Part shown: positions 1 to 9,784 of the stretch, piece after piece | How the letters are laid out: each line of letters opens with the position of its first letter | How positions within the stretch are numbered: the stretch's first letter is position 1 | Assembly: GCA_963762565.1 (NCBI GenBank) | Contig: CAVXLD010000001.1 | Span: 480,001 to 544,000 of the forward strand | Direction of reading: 5' to 3' | Source: an uncultured Verrucomicrobiae bacterium | GTDB lineage: Bacteria > Verrucomicrobiota > Verrucomicrobiia > Chthoniobacterales > JAFAMB01 | Length of the DNA: 64,000 bases | Notes under the pieces: model-generated | Database searches by the model: none | What the model saw: the letters and a program-made list of their open reading frames with translations, nothing else | What the model was told of the DNA's origin: nothing | Made by a program: the position numbers and the translations under genes

Positions 1-1
1 T

Positions 2-898
2 TCATTTTCTATTCTGAAAGTGGGTTAGAAAGTTCTGGGTCAGATCGCTATAGTCCTGCGCCCCAATACACCCAGGCGCATACAATACCACTGGAAGATG
101 CTCGCTGGTAGACTCCGCTACCCGGACACAATGGCGGATAAATGGCTGCAACAGACCCGCGCCCGACTCGAGAACGTGCCGATCTCTCAGTTGAGTCAGC
201 ATGATTTCCAGCTCGTTAATCGCCAAACGAAAGACGTTCCCAGTCTGGCGATAGTGGCTGACCACTACGGCCCCCACATTGGGGTGCCGCCGTTCACCCG
301 CAGAATCAGTGTATTTGCCCCGTAACTCTTCGATGTACTCAGCTAAAACCTGAAACCCGGCCATGGATAGATAGTCGGGCACATAAGGAACCACACAGCT
401 ATCCGACAGAAAGATGGCGTTCTTAGTCGTAGTATAGAGATTCGGAGGACAGTCGAAAAAGACATAGTCATAGCGGTCGACATATTCTCTCAGCGCCCGA
501 TCCAGGATCCGGTAGACCGCCGGCGGCCGGATCTCGTGGATCCGATCCTCGATCCGCAAAAGCTCTACCGAAGCCGGCAAAAGGTGCAATTGTGGCAGCT
601 CAACAAAGCCTGTCCAAGTGGTCACCCCTTTTACAATGGACTCATCGAAATTGAATCGATCCTTTCCCTGAATGGCATCGTCAAAAATCTCAAATGTGGA
701 GCGTCTGCCCTTCGCCACGTGTTCACGCCAAACCTCGGGCCGCATTAACCAAAGGCTAGAATTGGATTGCGGGTCCAAATCGACGATGAGGACTTTCTTT
801 TCATGCAGCTTCGCGATCGTGGCCGCGATATTGACTGCACAGGCGGTTTTGCCGACTCCACCCTTAAAATTGATAAATGCGAGGACCTTTGCGCTCAT
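2..898 (-). CDS. ParA/Soj family ATPase (orphan)
   Basis: Deviant Walker A NFKGGVGKT, DLDPQ, and FFDCPP motifs. Confidence 0.9.
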   Translation of the reverse strand: MSAKVLAFINFKGGVGKTACAVNIAATIAKLHEKKVLIVDLDPQSNSSLWLMRPEVWREHVAKGRRSTFEIFDDAIQGKDRFNFDESIVKGVTTWTGFVELPQLHLLPASVELLRIEDRIHEIRPPAVYRILDRALREYVDRYDYVFFDCPPNLYTTTKNAIFLSDSCVVPYVPDYLSMAGFQVLAEYIEELRGKYTDSAGERRHPNVGAVVVSHYRQTGNVFRLAINELEIMLTQLRDRHVLESGAGLLQPFIRHCVRVAESTSEHLPVVLYAPGCIGAQDYSDLTQNFLTHFQNRK

Positions 899-1059
899 CG
901 GCGTCGACTAATGAATATAACGCTCTTAAAACGTGCTCTGAATCAAGCCCTTTCTTTAACAAACAAGGCCTTTCACCCTCAGTTTGGCTCGTTTTTTGTC
1001 GCTTAGCACGTCAGAAAGCACTTCGCTCTCGTGCTTCCAATAAAGACGAGCCCAGCATC

Positions 1060-1177
1060 GGGAGGGATCGCGTCCCCGCGATCAGTGGTTCGGGGAGCCC
1101 ACGACAAACCCGATCCAGCGTCAGACTACATCCAAATTATAGACCTGGTTGCGGCGCGCGGGGACGCGCGCCCTCCC
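1060..1177 (+). repeat. 118-bp REPIN-like element, family A
   Basis: Inverted GGGAGGG(AT/CG)CGCGTCCCCGCG arms with a partly conserved spacer; similar copies at 1852-1969, 16140-16315, 33837-33968, 35256-35373; single arms at about 35195-35224, 41858-41885, 60831. Confidence 0.85.
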
Positions 1178-1261
1178 CTTCGGCGCGCCCCGGCCGCCGA
1201 CGCGGGTTCGAGATGCTTACAAATTGCTTACAGAGCCGCTTTCTTCATGCTACTAGCCTGC

Positions 1262-1822
1262 ATGGATGGTTCTTATACGCGTCTCACTGAAGCTGATTAC
1301 GACAATAAACTGCGCGAAATGGGGAACTATCTTTGGGAGCTGGAACAAGACCTACTCACCGCTGACTCCCGTGAAGATGAGGCTAGTGCTCATCAAGCCT
1401 ACCAAAAGATCTCTAACCTAGCCGCAACGGCGGACCGGTACTTCGAGATACCAGGCACGCACCAGCTAGTGGCCGCGTACGTTTCAGGTCTCGGGCTGCG
1501 CATGATCGGCCAGTGGGCAGATGCCAGCGATCGGTTCCTTAACGTATTAAAGCTTTCTCCCACCAACGGTGAGGCTTGGTTGGAGCTTTCCTGGTGTTTG
1601 GCCGAAACCGAGCATTGGGAAGAATGCGAGATGGCCGCTCGCAGAGGAACTGAGTTTTTCCCAGAAACAGGCGCTGTCTGGGGGAATTTGGCTTTGGCTC
1701 TGGAAAAGCTAGGCCGCACCGGCGAAGCCCTCACCGCTGTACAAACCGCACTTCGCCTGGATCCAGAAGACATACGAAGCCGAGAGCTATTGGCTCGACT
1801 CGAGGCACAGGAGAAGATCTAG
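1262..1822 (+). CDS. Tetratricopeptide repeat protein
   Basis: TPR patterns (P..GEAWLELSWCL, P..GAVWGNLALAL, ALRLDPED); start moved to ATG 1262 because the upstream extension is repeat DNA. Confidence 0.8.
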   Translation: MDGSYTRLTEADYDNKLREMGNYLWELEQDLLTADSREDEASAHQAYQKISNLAATADRYFEIPGTHQLVAAYVSGLGLRMIGQWADASDRFLNVLKLSPTNGEAWLELSWCLAETEHWEECEMAARRGTEFFPETGAVWGNLALALEKLGRTGEALTAVQTALRLDPEDIRSRELLARLEAQEKI

Positions 1823-1851
1823 GGGTGTGTCGTGTGACCAGCCCCCGACAA

Positions 1852-1969
1852 GGGAGGGCGCGCGTCCCCGCGCGCCGTTAACAGGTCTGTAATATCGACA
1901 TAACCCAACGCTCGACCGGGTCTGTCCCGGGCTTCGATAACAACGGATCGCGAGGACGCGATCCCTCCC
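1852..1969 (-). repeat. 118-bp REPIN-like element, family A
   Basis: Reverse complement aligns with 1060-1177 and 35256-35373. Confidence 0.85.
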
Positions 1970-3261
1970 TACCCCCCGCACACGGCCTCCACAGCCTTCC
2001 AAACGGCCTCAATCCCAAACCGCACCTCGTCCACAGAAACACAAAGCGGCGGCATGAACACCACCACATCCTGGATCGGCCGAGTGAGCAACCCAAACTC
2101 TTTGGCAGCCAGACAAACCTTTGCCCCCATACGCTCCCGCCAATCGAATGATGTCCCATCGGCAGCCCCGAGCTCAATTCCGGCGATCATACCAACCTGC
2201 CGGACGTCCCGCACCCAGGAGAGCTTTCTTAACTCTTCCAACCCCTCCTTCAAGACCGGAATGACGCTGGCAACGCGCTCCAAAACCCTCTCTTCTCGAA
2301 ACACCTGGAGACTAGCGAGTGCAGCCGCACAACCCAAAGGGTTACCCGTATAACTGTGCCCATAAAAGAAGGCCCGCAGCTCTGAGAAATCGCCCAGAAA
2401 ACCGTTGTAGACAACCTCGGTTGTGAGTGTTGCTGCCAAGGGCAGGTAACCACCGGTCAACCCTTTCGCCAGAACCAGAAAATCCGGGACTACCCCTTCA
2501 TGCTCGCAGGCAAACATCCGGCCCGTTCTACCGAACCCGGTCATTACTTCATCGAAAATCAGAAATACCCCCCGCTCATCGCACCATTGGCGCAGGTGTC
2601 TCAGCATCCCGCTCGGCCAGGTCAGCATTCCAGCCGCCCCTTGAACGAGCGGCTCGATGATGATAGCCGCGAGAGTGCTGGTGTCTGCTCGATCGAGCTC
2701 TTCCAGATCGCTAACCCGGACAACCGGAAACTGATAGGCCGCGAATTTGTCATGAAAATTCGCGATGCCGCCCAGACTAGAAGCTCCCAATGTATCTCCG
2801 TGGTAAGCGTCGGAAAAGGCGGCAAACCTAGCCTTTTCCGGACGACCGGTCTGCCTGAAGTATTGGATTGTCATCTTGATAGCCACCTCGATTCCGGTAG
2901 AGCCATCATCGGAATAAAAGACACGAGTAAGCCCGCTATCCGGGAGCAGGTCTACCAGCTCTTTCGCTAGGCGCACGGCCGGCAAATGCGTGAGTCCGAG
3001 GAACGAGCTATGGGCAATTCGGGACAGTTGCTCGGTAATCGCACCGTTAATCCGCGGGTGATTATGACCGTGAATGTTGGTCCAAATGGAAGAATTGCCG
3101 TCCAGATACCGCTTGCCCGCGGAATCCAAAAGCCAAGGTCCCTCCCCGGAGACGATAAACAGCGGGTCATGGCCGGGAACAGTCCATTCCCGCATTTGGG
3201 TAAAAGGATGCCAGACATGCCGTTTCTCCCACTCCGCGGCTTGCTCGAAATCAGGTGTCAT
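1969..3261 (-). CDS. bioA: Adenosylmethionine-8-amino-7-oxononanoate transaminase
   Basis: VWHPFTQM, YHGDT, FDEVMTGFGRTG, AKGLTGGYLPL and GHSYTGNP motifs. Confidence 0.95.
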   Translation of the reverse strand: MTPDFEQAAEWEKRHVWHPFTQMREWTVPGHDPLFIVSGEGPWLLDSAGKRYLDGNSSIWTNIHGHNHPRINGAITEQLSRIAHSSFLGLTHLPAVRLAKELVDLLPDSGLTRVFYSDDGSTGIEVAIKMTIQYFRQTGRPEKARFAAFSDAYHGDTLGASSLGGIANFHDKFAAYQFPVVRVSDLEELDRADTSTLAAIIIEPLVQGAAGMLTWPSGMLRHLRQWCDERGVFLIFDEVMTGFGRTGRMFACEHEGVVPDFLVLAKGLTGGYLPLAATLTTEVVYNGFLGDFSELRAFFYGHSYTGNPLGCAAALASLQVFREERVLERVASVIPVLKEGLEELRKLSWVRDVRQVGMIAGIELGAADGTSFDWRERMGAKVCLAAKEFGLLTRPIQDVVVFMPPLCVSVDEVRFGIEAVWKAVEAVCGG

Positions 3262-3273
3262 TCATTTAAAGCT

Positions 3274-3396
3274 TAACCGCGAATGGACACGAATGAACGC
3301 GAAGACAACAGATTAAGACCAACCGCAGATTAACCCTCGATCTGTGTTCATCTGCGGTTCGCCTTTCTTCGATTCAGTTCGTGTCCATTCGCGGTT
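3274..3396. repeat. Decamer-based inverted repeat (AACCGC(A/G)(G/A)AT...), family E
   Basis: aaccgcgaatggacacgaatgaa ... ttcgtgtccattcgcggtt; related tracts at 8391-8490, 21595-21822, 53401-53580. Confidence 0.7.
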
Positions 3397-3415
3397 GTTT
3401 TGGAGTTTTTCTCGC

Positions 3416-3676
3416 TCACCCCCGGTTCCGAAGACGTGTCAGCTCACGTTCCGCCCAGAGAACGTCCTCGTGGGAAGCGCGCCGGCGCTGGTATTTTCTC
3501 TGGAGCACGGAATGAAACTGCTCCAGGTCAGGGATAGGGGGTTCTTCGTAATAGGTCCAGTTTACGTCCTCGGAACCCTTGGCTTGGAAACGCCAGGTTC
3601 CACCAGACTTGACCACCCGGACTTCTCGTTTGGTCCCATCTTCGTTCCTCTCTACCCAGGCATGGCGATTATGCAT
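3416..3676 (-). CDS. Small hypothetical protein
   Basis: 86-aa ORF with ATG start filling the intergenic space; globular composition with several Trp. Confidence 0.7.
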   Translation of the reverse strand: MHNRHAWVERNEDGTKREVRVVKSGGTWRFQAKGSEDVNWTYYEEPPIPDLEQFHSVLQRKYQRRRASHEDVLWAERELTRLRNRG

Positions 3677-3718
3677 TCGTTATAACTTTAGTTTGCGTGA
3701 CTTGGCAGTCCACGCTAT

Positions 3719-4630
3719 TTGCTCGTTCCCTTGGCTACCGGAAGGAAGATTTTGGTTTTTCTCTTCGGCACCTTAATCCTTGGTGCCGCCCTGGCCCCGA
3801 TACTTTTCTGGTGCAGCCAGCCGTTGTCCGAGATACCAGGGCTAGGGTTCCTGAAAGACACCGATTTTTCCCGGTTTTTTGCCCGAGCCATCCTGCTAGC
3901 CGCCGTCCTGCTGGCGTTTCCGGTGACCCGATGGATCGGGATAGCTCAATTCCGTGACCTGAAGATAGCCTGGGCGTGGCCCAGGAGCTGGCAATTACCA
4001 TCGGGATTTCTAGTGGCAGGGATCGTTATCGCTCTGTGGGGCTGGTTCGCCATGAAGGTCGGCCTGGCAGAATTCAAGCTCCGGCCGCCCTGGAATCTAA
4101 TCCCCCAACTTTTGTTGACGTCGATTAGCGTGGCGGTGATCGAGGAATTTTTATTCCGGGGCGTTATCTTCGGCCTGCTCCGCCAGGCGAGGCCCACTTG
4201 GCTGGCGGCCGTCTTCGTTTCTGCCATCTTTTCGATCATCCACCCGCTAAGGCCAGGATCGACCGGCACGGCGCTTATAACCTGGCATTCAGGGTTCGAT
4301 CTGCTGTTTCAAGCAATTCAGCATTTGAGCGAGCCGCTCGACCTGATTGGCGGCTTCCTGACCATTTTTGTCCTCGGGCTAGTGCTAGCGCAGGCCACCG
4401 TAAAAACTGGTGCTCTTTGGCTACCCATCGGGCTGCATGCCGGAGTGGTATTCGCCAAGATGAGCTTTAATAAGCTCACTCACCACTTAGCCGATCTCCA
4501 GCCCTGGTTCGGACCGGACCTGGTCACTGGCTTTGGCGCGATTGCGATCCTCCTTTTGCTCTGGTTGGTGGTTTGGCTACTGTTCCCTCGTGCGAGCAGC
4601 TCTCAACACAGTTTATCAAACGGTGGTTAA
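3719..4630 (+). CDS. CPBP (CAAX/Abi) family intramembrane glutamic endopeptidase
   Basis: EEFLFRG, FSIIH, and IGLH motifs; multiple TM segments. Confidence 0.9.
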   Translation: MLVPLATGRKILVFLFGTLILGAALAPILFWCSQPLSEIPGLGFLKDTDFSRFFARAILLAAVLLAFPVTRWIGIAQFRDLKIAWAWPRSWQLPSGFLVAGIVIALWGWFAMKVGLAEFKLRPPWNLIPQLLLTSISVAVIEEFLFRGVIFGLLRQARPTWLAAVFVSAIFSIIHPLRPGSTGTALITWHSGFDLLFQAIQHLSEPLDLIGGFLTIFVLGLVLAQATVKTGALWLPIGLHAGVVFAKMSFNKLTHHLADLQPWFGPDLVTGFGAIAILLLLWLVVWLLFPRASSSQHSLSNGG

Positions 4631-5312
4631 CCTGTGTTATCCACCGTTTTGCATTTCCTGCCGCACAAGTTTGGAGCAGGGCTTGCTTTGCCGGGATTGC
4701 CTGGAATCGGCTGTAAGAATCAAAGCGCCTTTTTGCCAAATTTGTTCCCGGCCTTATACCGGCGAGTTCGGTGCCCCTTTCTCCTGTCCGGATTGCGAGG
4801 ATCATCCACCCGGGTTTGATTGCGTTGCGACTCGATATCAGGCGACTGGGATCGTGCGAGACTTGATTCATCGATTTAAATACTCAGGCGAATTTCACCT
4901 GCGAAACCTCTTGGTTAATTGGTTAGAGGAGGCGTTGAGCGATCCCAGGATCAGCCAGGAGCCTTTTGATGGCTTCGTTCCTGTTCCCCTGCATCCCACC
5001 AGAATCAGGGAACGCGGTTACGACCAGATCGCGGCCCTGGTCGAGTTATTAGGCAAACGGAGCCGGAAACCAGTGTGGCTGTGTCTTCGCCGGGCGCGCT
5101 ATACCGAATCGCAAACGCGGTTCTCCCGGAAACAACGGCTCCAAAACTTGCAGAATGCATTCGATTTGCGCAAAGATACCAGCGTGCTTGGCAAACGCCT
5201 GCTCTTAGTCGACGATGTTTTAACCACGGGATCGACGTTGGACGAATGTGCCCGAGTCCTGAAAGGACACGGCGCTACATCGGTCCGCGCCGTCACCGTT
5301 GCCCGCAGATAG
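4590..5312 (+). CDS. comF: ComF family phosphoribosyltransferase-like protein
   Basis: N-terminal CxxC pairs, PVPLH, RGYDQ, LVDDVLTTGST; probable GTG start at 4590. Confidence 0.9.
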   Translation: MRAALNTVYQTVVNLCYPPFCISCRTSLEQGLLCRDCLESAVRIKAPFCQICSRPYTGEFGAPFSCPDCEDHPPGFDCVATRYQATGIVRDLIHRFKYSGEFHLRNLLVNWLEEALSDPRISQEPFDGFVPVPLHPTRIRERGYDQIAALVELLGKRSRKPVWLCLRRARYTESQTRFSRKQRLQNLQNAFDLRKDTSVLGKRLLLVDDVLTTGSTLDECARVLKGHGATSVRAVTVARR

Positions 5313-5316
5313 ACGT

Positions 5317-6159
5317 ATGCCGATCTTTCAGAAACCGACTCTCAAGCAAGGAACCAATCGAAAGCGCGAAATGCCGGAAGGTCTTTGGCAAAAATGCCCC
5401 GAGTGCGGTGAGGTAATCCACAACCTGGAGTTATCGCAGAATCTTAAGGTCTGCCCTAAATGCGACTATCACTTTACTTTCTCCGCCGGGGAAAGGATCA
5501 AGAACCTGATCGATGAAGGGACGTTCGAGGAATTTGACCAGAACCTCCTTTCTGTGGACGTCCTGAAGTTCACCGGGGTCGCCAGCTACTCCGAGCGGTT
5601 GCAAACCTATCGCGAAAAGACTGGTCTGTCTGACGCAGTCGTTACCGGGTTTGGGCGTCTAGGGGGCCATGATATCGGTTTGGCGGTGATGGATTTCAAT
5701 TTTTTGGCGGCTACCATGGGCTCGGCCGTCGGCGAGAAAATCACTCGTTTGGTGGAAAAATGCACCAAGGCAGGCAGACCGATGATCGTGGTCACCGCTT
5801 CCGGCGGAGCACGCGTCTATGAAGGGATGTTAAGCTTGATGCAGATGGCTAAAACCAGCGCCGCCTTGGCACGTCACGCCCAACTCCGCTTCCCCTATTT
5901 TGTTGTTTTAACTAATCCGACCACCGCTGGAGTAATGGCAAGCTTCGCTTCATTAGGGGACATCATCCTGGCTGAGCCAAAATGCATGATTGGGTTCGCC
6001 GGACCACGGGTAATTCGCGAGACAACCCATCAAGATTTGCCGCCAGGGTTTCAAACGGCGGAATTTCTGCAGCGCCACGGCTTCATTGATCTGATTGTTC
6101 GCCGGCCCGACCTCCTAACAACTCTTACACGACTGGTCAGTCACCTCTCACCTCGCTGA
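5317..6159 (+). CDS. accD: Acetyl-CoA carboxylase carboxyltransferase beta subunit
   Basis: LWQKCPEC zinc finger, SGGAR, SLMQMAKTS, IGFAGPRVI, FQTAEFL. Confidence 0.95.
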   Translation: MPIFQKPTLKQGTNRKREMPEGLWQKCPECGEVIHNLELSQNLKVCPKCDYHFTFSAGERIKNLIDEGTFEEFDQNLLSVDVLKFTGVASYSERLQTYREKTGLSDAVVTGFGRLGGHDIGLAVMDFNFLAATMGSAVGEKITRLVEKCTKAGRPMIVVTASGGARVYEGMLSLMQMAKTSAALARHAQLRFPYFVVLTNPTTAGVMASFASLGDIILAEPKCMIGFAGPRVIRETTHQDLPPGFQTAEFLQRHGFIDLIVRRPDLLTTLTRLVSHLSPR

Positions 6160-6166
6160 GGCTGCC

Positions 6167-7378
6167 GTGCAGGAGTCGTACACAGAGGCCCTTCGTTGGC
6201 TTTACAGTACCCAAGCAGCCGGGATTAAACTCGGCCTTGAGAATGTTCGCCGCCTCTTGGATGCGTTAGGTAACCCGCATCGGCAACTCGCCTGTATTCA
6301 CGTTGCCGGCACCAACGGGAAAGGGTCCGTCTCTGCCATGCTCGATGCCGTAGCACGGGCTGCCGGGCTGCGAACCGGGCTTTTCACGTCCCCGCACTTG
6401 GTGCGATTCAATGAGCGTATCCAGGTTTCGGGCCAACCGATTACCGACGATGAAGTGCTGGCTGGACTCAGTCTGATTCGGGAAGCAATCGCGAAATCCG
6501 GATGCATCCCTACCTTCTTTGAGATCACCACGGCATTGGGGTTTCAGCATCTTTCAACCCGGCGAGTTGATCTCGCGATCATGGAAACCGGTTTAGGCGG
6601 AAGATTGGACGCCACCAATCTGATCACACCGCTCGTGTCGGTTCTCACTTCGATCGACTTGGATCACCAGAAAATTTTAGGCGATTCGAAAGCAAAGATT
6701 GCCCGCGAAAAAGCCGGTATCATTAAACCGGGCGTACCTGTGGTGTCCATCGCTCAGACCGCGGACGTTCGGGAGGTGATCGACGAGGTGGCAGCAGGTC
6801 TAGGCGCACCGGTCATTTACATCACAGAACCGATCACGGATCTTCAAATTGGCTTGGCCGGCTCTCATCAACGACTGAACGCAGCAGTGGTGCGAGAGAC
6901 GTTCGCAGTCGCCAAGCTTGGTATCTCTGCGGAAGCATTAAAGACTGGCCTCAAATCTGTATTCTGGCCCGGCCGTTTTCAGGCCCTCGGCGATCGGCTC
7001 ACGATCGACGGCGCTCATAACCTGGCTGCCAGCGAACGCCTGGTCCAAACCTGGACCGAATGTCATCCTAAGACCTCGCCGACGATCGTGTTTGGTGGTT
7101 TAAACGACAAAGATCTCAACCATATGGTCGCCGCACTGGCGCCGATCGCCGCCCGATTTTTTCTCGTTCCGGTGAAGAACTCGCGCAGTGAGGACCCGGC
7201 AAATATTAAGCTCCCGAGCGGCATTCCCCACACCGTCTTCGCCGGGGTACAGGAAGCAGTGGAAGCCGCTTACAAACTGCCGGAGCCGATCCTGGTAACC
7301 GGATCGCTTTTTCTCGCCGGCGAAGTTTTAGCGTGGCTACAGCCAGGATTCGGCAAGTATGAAACCAGCACCCAGTAG
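6167..7378 (+). CDS. folC: Folylpolyglutamate/dihydrofolate synthase
   Basis: HVAGTNGKGS, TSPHL, ETGLGGRLDATN, WPGR, DGAHN. Confidence 0.95.
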   Translation: MQESYTEALRWLYSTQAAGIKLGLENVRRLLDALGNPHRQLACIHVAGTNGKGSVSAMLDAVARAAGLRTGLFTSPHLVRFNERIQVSGQPITDDEVLAGLSLIREAIAKSGCIPTFFEITTALGFQHLSTRRVDLAIMETGLGGRLDATNLITPLVSVLTSIDLDHQKILGDSKAKIAREKAGIIKPGVPVVSIAQTADVREVIDEVAAGLGAPVIYITEPITDLQIGLAGSHQRLNAAVVRETFAVAKLGISAEALKTGLKSVFWPGRFQALGDRLTIDGAHNLAASERLVQTWTECHPKTSPTIVFGGLNDKDLNHMVAALAPIAARFFLVPVKNSRSEDPANIKLPSGIPHTVFAGVQEAVEAAYKLPEPILVTGSLFLAGEVLAWLQPGFGKYETSTQ

Positions 7379-7417
7379 CCGGTTGATAACATAAGAAATT
7401 ATTGTTATTGTCTTACG

Positions 7418-7759
7418 GTGTCCTTCTCATCCCTGATCTCACGTCCCGAGGACCAGACCTACACGGTCCATCCAGGCAGTGCGGCCGCCACCTCTTGCAC
7501 CTTCGAACTGCTTGCTCCCGTCCGGAGCAAAACCATCCCCTACGCTTACCTCCAGATGATCGATGTCACGGACGACCACACCATCTGCCTGCGTTATGCC
7601 TTCGCAGACGTCGAACTGCTCACAAACCGGACCTTTACCGCCAAACGCCAGTTCCTGGATGACCTAGCCAATTTCCGAGTCTCCACCGTCCGCGAAACCA
7701 ACCAGCTGAAAATCCGGATCCGCCTGGAACCCGAGAGCGAAAAGACGGAACTATTTTAG
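7418..7759 (+). CDS. Hypothetical protein at left edge of the T4SS-containing region
   Basis: 113-aa ORF after an AT-rich gap; plausible beta-rich globular sequence (PYAYL motif). Confidence 0.65.
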   Translation: MSFSSLISRPEDQTYTVHPGSAAATSCTFELLAPVRSKTIPYAYLQMIDVTDDHTICLRYAFADVELLTNRTFTAKRQFLDDLANFRVSTVRETNQLKIRIRLEPESEKTELF

Positions 7760-7828
7760 GAGGAGCCGAGCAGGACCACTAAGTCCACTGCGTCCACTAG
7801 CTCAGCGGCTCTCCACGGACGCCTCACC

Positions 7829-8380
7829 TCACCCGACCGGCGGATATTCCCTCGTTCCCCACCGATTCATTAACGCGTTATTAACTCCCCAACGAACAAT
7901 CGGGTGCCGGGCTGCAATCAGAAAATGAGCCCAAGGAGAGTTCTCACCGAGCCTCGATCCAAAGTTGCGTCGATGCTCGACGATGGCTTCCAATACGGTA
8001 TCGGCGAAGAGCGCCGTCTTTGCGGACAGCGCTGGGAGCGACTCGGCCGTAGACTCCGCGATCAATAGACAATAGCTGATCACCTTGGCCACAGTCCGAG
8101 CACTCAAATAGCCGGGCTCAGATACGCGTTCCGGATCGAGCACTAACGGGAAATTCTCGGCCGTGATCTCCCGATAGCTCCATTTGTCGCACAGGTCAGT
8201 CCGGGACATCGGGAACCGCGCATGGGACACCAAGTCCAAAAGGGTCCAGCTTATTTTCGGGTAAGGCGGCTCCGCAAAATCGTAACTGTAATTCAATGGG
8301 ATCGCCCGAATGGTCGAGGCTTCCTCGGGATACAATCCTAATGAGGATCCCGGGGCAGGCGGCGGCTGGTTGTCCCCCAT
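7829..8380 (-). CDS. Hypothetical protein
   Basis: 183-aa ATG-initiated ORF with no competing long ORF. Confidence 0.6.
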   Translation of the reverse strand: MGDNQPPPAPGSSLGLYPEEASTIRAIPLNYSYDFAEPPYPKISWTLLDLVSHARFPMSRTDLCDKWSYREITAENFPLVLDPERVSEPGYLSARTVAKVISYCLLIAESTAESLPALSAKTALFADTVLEAIVEHRRNFGSRLGENSPWAHFLIAARHPIVRWGVNNALMNRWGTREYPPVG

Positions 8381-8523
8381 CTTAAAACCTTAACCGCAGA
8401 TTAACGCAGATGGACGCAGATAAAACGTGGCGAATCGTCTGACCACCGATGTTCTCCGGAAAAATATCTGCGTTTATCCATCTGCGGTTGAAGGTCTTTA
8501 TTCGTCGGCTTTCGCAGCCCAAC

Positions 8524-9258
8524 CTACTTCGAGACGGCAGCGCCGTTGGTCCGTGCCTTTTTCTTCTTCTCCTTGATCTCAAAAGCCAGCGACAACACGC
8601 GCCGGTACTTCGCCTGACCAACTGCCACCAACCGGATGCTGAGGTCCGTCTTCTCGTTGATTTCCTGCAGGGCTCTATCGATCGCTCGCTGCTTAAGGTT
8701 GGGCCAATGGACCAGGCATTTCTCGCTCACAATGTTTCCTTGCGCATCGCGAACCTCGTCGACTCCCAGCACCTTGCGTAGCTTCGGGATGGAAATGCGC
8801 TTGAGATTGACCTGCCGCCATTTCCACGCCCATTCATAAAGCCGGATCGAATACTGGCTCGCCAGCTTGACCCCCGCTCGTTCGGAGTCCTCCTTTTGAT
8901 GGTTCTTAAGGCGCTCCAGATGCCGGTACAACCCCGGGTCAATGTGTAGAACCATCTTTTTATCCACTACCGTGACCGAGCTGAGCCACCGGGCATAGAG
9001 GACGGAGTTCTGCTTGTCCCCATTGTGTAACACCAACCGGTGGTAGGTCAGGAGTTTCAGCACTGCCGGTTGTAGGTCGAAATCCTCAAAGTCATAGCCG
9101 GTTACGCCCGGCTTAAGACGGTCCACAATCGACATGACGACAGTCCGCTCATCTTTGGTCAGTTTATAGAACGCTTCAATGAGGTCGTCGCCAAAACCAA
9201 GCTGATCCTCTAGATCCGCAAGTGGTAACGTTCCAAAAATTCTGTTATTTTTACGCAC
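8524..9258 (-). CDS. Rep_3/RepB-type replication initiator-like winged-helix protein
   Basis: YKLTKDERTVV (WH1-like), LASQYSIRLYE, ISIPKLRKVLGV, NLKQRAIDRALQEINEKTDL (WH2 signature). Confidence 0.85.
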   Translation of the reverse strand: MRKNNRIFGTLPLADLEDQLGFGDDLIEAFYKLTKDERTVVMSIVDRLKPGVTGYDFEDFDLQPAVLKLLTYHRLVLHNGDKQNSVLYARWLSSVTVVDKKMVLHIDPGLYRHLERLKNHQKEDSERAGVKLASQYSIRLYEWAWKWRQVNLKRISIPKLRKVLGVDEVRDAQGNIVSEKCLVHWPNLKQRAIDRALQEINEKTDLSIRLVAVGQAKYRRVLSLAFEIKEKKKKARTNGAAVSK

Positions 9259-9328
9259 TTTACTTTGTGGGAATTACAGTGTTAAGACTTAATTAATAAC
9301 TTAAATTTTTTAAGAAAGAAGCACTAAA

Positions 9329-9766
9329 ATGGTTTCAACAAAGGAAACCCGGCCCATTGCGCCGGAAACACAGAAGTGGTCCTTTTCGGCGGACGGAAAA
9401 CCATTGGGCTTAGACGAGTTCTTGGAATCGTATAAGAAACAAGGCGTTTTCTACGAAGGAAAGGAGCAGTGGCTCAAAGGGGTGGTCAAAGTCTCTTGGG
9501 AGAACTTTTTCTTGATTTGTACCGAAGAACTGGATGACATTTCACAACGAGCCGCAAAAATGTTGGTTCAGTATTGCCTGGAAATCGTTGAAGATGTGGT
9601 CAGCCGGATCCGGGGCCCAGTCGACGCCACCAAAATCGCCGAGGCGATGAAACGGGAGTTCGACGAACAGTACGATAACCCGATCTATCAGTTCCAATGG
9701 GCTATGCGTCACGACGCAATTCGGGAAGCCGTCACCAACGCAGTCGCTAACCGCTGGGGGAAGTAG
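9329..9766 (+). CDS. Hypothetical protein, divergent from rep
   Basis: 145-aa ATG ORF, helical composition, purine-rich upstream sequence. Confidence 0.7.
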   Translation: MVSTKETRPIAPETQKWSFSADGKPLGLDEFLESYKKQGVFYEGKEQWLKGVVKVSWENFFLICTEELDDISQRAAKMLVQYCLEIVEDVVSRIRGPVDATKIAEAMKREFDEQYDNPIYQFQWAMRHDAIREAVTNAVANRWGK

Positions 9767-9784
9767 CCGCTTCGCGGCGAACCT

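Noticed and set aside
1031..1261. Long N-terminal extensions in the ORF track (also 17531-17668, 21543-21821, 23642-23884, 43161-43304, 45988-46107)
   Set aside because: They translate repeat DNA or overlap the upstream gene; downstream ATGs match where the protein families begin.
2..9258. ParA plus Rep_3 as one plasmid replicon
   Set aside because: They are separated by bioA, comF, accD and folC; no parB or iterons are seen.
9259..9328. oriT or iteron-containing oriV
   Set aside because: AT-rich, but no direct repeats or recognisable nic motif.
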